The position numbers and the translations under genes were made by a program. From Planctomycetota bacterium (lineage in GTDB: Bacteria; Planctomycetota; SZUA-567; H5-PLA8), in contig BTVV01000111.1 in NCBI GenBank assembly GCA_045863855.1, positions 1-20,432 on the forward strand: 20,432 nt of DNA, read 5' to 3'. How positions within the stretch are numbered: position 1 is the first letter of the stretch; every line of letters begins with the position of its first letter. The notes beneath the pieces were generated by a model that saw only the letters and a program-made list of their open reading frames with translations, made no database searches and was not told the origin of the DNA. Positions 16,664-20,432 of the stretch are shown piece by piece.

Positions 16664-16948
16664 CGGCTCCGCCTGACCCGTCGCGCCTTCAACTTTCAGC
16701 TTCCACAACCCGTTCGCCGTAAAATGCTTGGTTGCACCTGTGGCGTACGAGGCAACCCCAAGGTTTGCCCGTTCGACGCCGGTGAAATTAGAGCAAAAAG
16801 GTTCAACGTGTCCAAACCCACGGTGTAAGAAAGATTGGAAGACAGAAGTCAAGGGGCCGCGCAGAAAAGGCCCCCAACCGAAACGAATCCCACCCCAATC
16901 AAAGGAATCGGGTGGATCAGGGTGAATCCCCTGTCCAGGAGGCATGCC

Positions 16949-17284
16949 ATGTCCGCGCACCGGTACGGCGACCATCGAGCGAAAACCGAAGCGCTCTTCG
17001 CCGCGTTGCCCGGCCCGCAAGATACGGTCCTCCTATCGCGCGGCGAACTGGCGGCTATCGGCCCCGACCTGCTGAACGAGCCCGAAGATTCGAACTTTGG
17101 CGACGCGAACACGGTCTTCAAAGCGCTGCGCCGGATTCAGACGCTGCCGCGGTTGCGTCCGGCCCGCCGGCTGCGCCGGGAGCGCGAAGAAGCCAGCCGT
17201 GCGATGCAGGCCGCCGAAGCCATGAAACCGGTCCGGCGTGTGACGGAAGCGCTGCGCCGCGCTTGGAGTTGGCTGCGGGCGTAA
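16949..17284 (+). CDS. Hypothetical protein (111 aa)
   Basis: Perfect AGGAGG (16937-16942) before ATG 16949, followed by a terminator. No family recognised. Confidence 0.7.
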   Translation: MSAHRYGDHRAKTEALFAALPGPQDTVLLSRGELAAIGPDLLNEPEDSNFGDANTVFKALRRIQTLPRLRPARRLRREREEASRAMQAAEAMKPVRRVTEALRRAWSWLRA

Positions 17285-17307
17285 GGCTTGAAGCGTAAAA
17301 CGCGAGT

Positions 17308-17345
17308 ACGGCAAAGGCTCCGCAGGGGTCTTTGCCGTTTTTGTT
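17308..17345 (+). terminator. Rho-independent terminator
   Basis: ACGGCAAAGGCTCC-gca-GGGGTCTTTGCCGT stem (with G-U pairs) followed by TTTTGTT. Lies between convergent genes. Confidence 0.85.
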
Positions 17346-17365
17346 GGGTCGGCGGTTCGCAACGG

Positions 17366-18442
17366 CTACCCGATCGCGAGCATCCGCTCCAGGCTGGTCA
17401 TGCTGCGCAGGCGCACGTCTTCGTCGACGGTGATCTCGTAGCGGTCGTGGCGCAGCGATTCGAGCGTCTCTTCGAGCGAGATCTCGTTCATGTGCGGGCA
17501 GCGCACGCTGCATAGCCGGATCATCTCGCGTTGAGGGTTCCGCGAGGCGATGTTGTCGCCCATGGTACATTCGGTGAGCAGCAGGTAGCGCCCGCTCTTC
17601 ATCTCTTCGACGAACTTGATCATCTGCGTGGTGCTCCCGGCGTAATCGCTGGCCTTGACCACGTCGGGGCTGCATTCGGGATGCGCCAGGACCAAGACAT
17701 CCGGGAACTGTTTGCGCGCGTTGGTCACGTCGCCAACGGTGAATTTGTCGTGCACTTCGCAGCGCCCGCGCCAGCCGATCATCACTTTCTCCGCGCCGGC
17801 GGGTTCCACGGCCTTCGACAGCTTCCCGTTGCGCTCGGGGTACACGATCGCCATGTCCGTCTGCCGCGCCACGTTCGCGGCGAGGTACTCGTCGGGCAGG
17901 AAGATGATCTTCTTGTGCCCCTGCGCGAGGATGTGCTTCACCACTTCCTCGGCGTTTCCGCTGGTGCAGACGTAGTCGACCTCGGCTTTCACTTCCTGGT
18001 AGCAGTTCACGTAGGTCACGCTGGGCACGCCGGGATAAAGCGCCTTCAGTTCGCGCACTTCGGCTGCGGTGATGCTTTCGGCCAGGGAGCAGCCGCCCTT
18101 AGCCGACGGGAGCAGCACCTTGCGCGTGGGATTCAGGCTCTTGGCCGTCTCGGCCATGAACTTCACGCCGCAGAAGACGATCGTCTGGGCCTGTGCCTTG
18201 GCGCTGACGCGGGCGAGGTACAGGCTGTCGCCGGTGTAGTCGGGCACGCTATGGAAGAGCGCCGGCTCCATGTAGTTATGCCCAAGGATGATCGCGTTCT
18301 TCTCGCGCTTGAGTCGGTTGACCTCGACGGCGACCTCGGCTTTCAGCTTCAGCTCGAAATCGGGCGCCACATCCTTGAGCCGTTCGCGCAAATGCGCGTG
18401 CATGGCCGGGACGGTGTCGGGGTACGTGAACGGTCCGCTCAT
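17366..18442 (-). CDS. nadA: Quinolinate synthase A
   Basis: ILGHNY, GDSL, FCGVKFMAETAK, GGCSLA, YVN, CTSGNA, FLPDEYL, CEVH, LAHPEC, GST and CPHM (three Fe-S Cys). GAGG before ATG 18442. Confidence 0.96.
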   Translation of the reverse strand: MSGPFTYPDTVPAMHAHLRERLKDVAPDFELKLKAEVAVEVNRLKREKNAIILGHNYMEPALFHSVPDYTGDSLYLARVSAKAQAQTIVFCGVKFMAETAKSLNPTRKVLLPSAKGGCSLAESITAAEVRELKALYPGVPSVTYVNCYQEVKAEVDYVCTSGNAEEVVKHILAQGHKKIIFLPDEYLAANVARQTDMAIVYPERNGKLSKAVEPAGAEKVMIGWRGRCEVHDKFTVGDVTNARKQFPDVLVLAHPECSPDVVKASDYAGSTTQMIKFVEEMKSGRYLLLTECTMGDNIASRNPQREMIRLCSVRCPHMNEISLEETLESLRHDRYEITVDEDVRLRSMTSLERMLAIG

Positions 18443-18519
18443 GGTCGAATACCTCGCTATCGGGGCCGCCAGTATGCTGCGATGAACCCGCGGCGGCAAA
18501 CGCCTTCGCCTGCAACGCT

Positions 18520-18549
18520 ATCTTACCGGGTTTGCCCATTTGGTGTCAA
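18520..18549 (-). promoter_or_regulatory. Putative sigma70 promoter of nadA
   Basis: Minus strand TTGACA (18549-18544), 18 nt, TAAGAT (18525-18520). Confidence 0.65.
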
Positions 18550-18562
18550 TTATACACTAAAT
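18538..18562. promoter_or_regulatory. Palindromic operator, NrtR-box-like (GT-N7-AC)
   Basis: ATTTGGTGT-caattat-ACACTAAAT with 8 of 9 arm positions complementary. AT-rich island upstream of nadA overlapping its -35. Confidence 0.7.
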
Positions 18563-18650
18563 TAGGACGGGTTGCGGCAGGCGCTGGTCATGACGTATGC
18601 TTACTGCAGCCAGACGAAACCAGCCTTACCCTCGCTCAAGGATACGTCCG

Positions 18651-19094
18651 ATGGATTTCGAAGAGATCGATCCGCTCCAGGCGCACAAGTTGCTTAACCA
18701 AGGCGGTTACGTGTACCTGGACGTGCGCACCGTTGAAGAATTTGCCCAAGGCCATCCCGCCGGCGCGCGCAATGTGCCGGTGATGGAGCGCGATCCCGGC
18801 ACGGGGCAGATGACGCCCAACCCCGAGTTCGTGCGCGTGGTGGAAGCCCATTTCTCGAAGCAAACCGCGCTACTCGTGGGCTGTCGCAGCGGCGGGCGTT
18901 CGGCGGCGGCTTGCCAGTTTCTCGCGCAGGCCGGTTACACGCAGCTTTGGAACGTGAACGGCGGTTTCCATGGCCGCTCGCTCCCGCCGGGGATCACGTT
19001 TATCAAAGGATGGGCAGCCTGCGAACTGCCAGTGGAGAACGACCTGAGCGACGAGAAAAGTTACGCCGCTCTACGCGCGAAAGCGGGGCTTTGA
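18651..19094 (+). CDS. Rhodanese-like domain protein (sulfurtransferase)
   Basis: YLDVRTVEEFAQGHPAGARNVP, active-site loop GCRSGGRS, NVNGGF. AAGGA upstream. Confidence 0.92.
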   Translation: MDFEEIDPLQAHKLLNQGGYVYLDVRTVEEFAQGHPAGARNVPVMERDPGTGQMTPNPEFVRVVEAHFSKQTALLVGCRSGGRSAAACQFLAQAGYTQLWNVNGGFHGRSLPPGITFIKGWAACELPVENDLSDEKSYAALRAKAGL

Positions 19095-19099
19095 GCGCC

Positions 19100-19528
19100 A
19101 TGGACGTCACGCTCAAGCTGATCTGCCGCAAGCTCCCTGGGCTTGTATTCCAAGACTACCAGCCGGTTCACTTGGGCCTGCAGCGGGGCCAGGAGGTCAT
19201 CGAGATCGTCCCCGCCGCCAAGCGCCAAGTCACTTATCTGATCCCTGTTTCCGTCGAACTGAAGGGGAAGCGCGTACGGCTCAAGAGCCCGTTCGTGCAG
19301 GGCAAGCCCGATGACCCCTTTCTATATCTCGCGTGGGGCGTGATGAAGGGCAGCACATTCGATCGGTTTCGCCGCGCGAAGATCGGCCTGAAGCACCTCA
19401 CGCCGGCGACCTTGCAGCAGCACGCCCGTTCCGGAACGCCGCTGGAAGCCACCGTGTTCTGCACCGATGCACACGGCGGCCCGATCTGCGCGACGGTTCC
19501 AGACGGCTTCATCGAGTGGAAACCCTGA
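19100..19528 (+). CDS. DUF5990-like protein
   Basis: 'VHLGLQRG', 'PFVQGKPDDPFLYLAWG', 'FRRAKIGL' and 'TDAHGGPICA' match my recollection of DUF5990. Starts 5 nt after the rhodanese stop. Confidence 0.75.
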   Translation: MDVTLKLICRKLPGLVFQDYQPVHLGLQRGQEVIEIVPAAKRQVTYLIPVSVELKGKRVRLKSPFVQGKPDDPFLYLAWGVMKGSTFDRFRRAKIGLKHLTPATLQQHARSGTPLEATVFCTDAHGGPICATVPDGFIEWKP

Positions 19529-19601
19529 GTACACCAAGTCCTGGACGGCAACCTCTTGGTCCAGGTTGCCGGACAAAGTATAGGGTTGTCGTTCATTTGT
19601 G

Positions 19602-19614
19602 TAACCTATTGATT
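19602..19614 (-). promoter_or_regulatory. IHF-consensus-like site
   Basis: Minus strand AATCAATAGGTTA matches WATCAANNNNTTR exactly, within an AT-rich intergenic stretch. Confidence 0.4.
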
Positions 19615-19722
19615 TAAATTGGGTTGTATTGAAACTGAAACACGAAAATCTACTGGCATGCCATGTTCTGTACCTCCTTTCGTAAGCCGGGTCAGTCCGG
19701 CAAACCGACAGGAGTGGAAGCC

Positions 19723-20349
19723 ATGAACAAGACCCTCAAAACCCTCGGAACGGCCCTCACGCTGATCGCGCTGTACATGCTGATCCTGCCCCCGGTCGCG
19801 CTGGGCGGCGATAAGGGCCGCAACCAGTACCGCATCGCGCTGAGCGCACGCCACGACGGTGGCCCGGTCAAGGCGATGCCCATCGGGATGCAGGTTCCCG
19901 ACGAACTGCTGGTCTACTCGACGCCGGACATCGAGATCGAACGCCAGACGCTGCTGGGCTGGCACTACCGCAACGCGGCGCATCTGGCCGCGGCCTTCGC
20001 CGAAAAGGAAAACGTGACGCTGCAGCGCACTTCGCTGCCCGGCCGCGTCGAGATCTTCCTCGATCCTTCGGGCGTCGCGAAGGCCACGGGCTGCCCGGCG
20101 CGCGAGAACGGGATGCTGGCGGTGGCGCGCATCGACCTGGTCAACGGCTGCGTCTACCTGGGCCGCCGTACGCCGGAAGACTTGTACACGGAGCTGGGCA
20201 AGTGGTTCTACTACGGCCCCGACTACCAGTGGGGCAAGAACCGCCTGGAAGACATCAAAATGCTGCGCCTGGCCGAACGCTTCGCCCGCTACTGCCTGAA
20301 CTCGGGCAACTGGGTCGAAGCCGGCGGAAGCGCCAAGTCGATCTGGTAA
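19723..20349 (+). CDS. Exported hypothetical protein
   Basis: AGGAG before ATG 19723. Signal-like N-terminus MNKTLKTLGTALTLIALYMLILPPVALG. No family recognised. Confidence 0.8.
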   Translation: MNKTLKTLGTALTLIALYMLILPPVALGGDKGRNQYRIALSARHDGGPVKAMPIGMQVPDELLVYSTPDIEIERQTLLGWHYRNAAHLAAAFAEKENVTLQRTSLPGRVEIFLDPSGVAKATGCPARENGMLAVARIDLVNGCVYLGRRTPEDLYTELGKWFYYGPDYQWGKNRLEDIKMLRLAERFARYCLNSGNWVEAGGSAKSIW

Positions 20350-20432
20350 GGAACGGACCGCGGGGGTGGTAGCGGGGGGGGGGGCCCCCCGGCCGCCCCG
20401 CCCCCCGGGGTGAGCGGGGGCCCCCCCCGGAC

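Noticed and set aside
16724..16828. 34-aa Cys-containing ORF (MLGCTCGVRGNPKVCPF...)
   Set aside because: No RBS, atypical codon usage and no recognisable family.
18911..19099. Open frame upstream of DUF5990 overlapping the rhodanese (possible frameshift fusion)
   Set aside because: The rhodanese is complete with its own stop, DUF5990 has an ATG at 19100, and no slippery site is evident.
20360..20432. G/C-run end (possible tRNA, terminator or terminal repeat)
   Set aside because: No tRNA T-loop or cloverleaf and no exact repeat with the 5' end. Probably a sequencing or assembly artefact.
1..20432. CRISPR array, integrase/transposase or defence system
   Set aside because: No regularly spaced repeats and no cas, recombinase, nuclease or toxin motifs were seen.

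Overview
GC-rich bacterial chromosomal segment (about two-thirds GC by eye), very probably from the PVC superphylum and most likely Planctomycetota. Support comes from the GyrA QRDR '[24 protein letters not shown]', a Pro-rich Zn-ribbon membrane protein and HEAT-type exported proteins. About 21 genes are present: gyrA (no adjacent gyrB), nadA, a PHP hydrolase, a GH42-like glycoside hydrolase, an SGNH hydrolase with a CBM-like domain, a HAD phosphatase, a pteridine-reductase-like SDR, two paralogous metallophosphoesterases, a rhodanese, a DUF5990-like protein and several hypothetical proteins. I saw no CRISPR array, tRNA/rRNA gene or mobile element, and both ends are low-complexity G/C runs. 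The most notable observations are: (1) a 48-aa, very basic TTG-start ORF missed by the ORF track, with partial bL34-like motif spacing; (2) an NrtR-type palindrome over the nadA -35 box, shared with a divergent rhodanese; (3) a duplicated phosphoesterase pair bracketing a divergent exported protein; (4) two apparently leaderless genes; (5) a QRDR lacking both quinolone-bridge residues. No complete novel system can be proven from the sequence alone.
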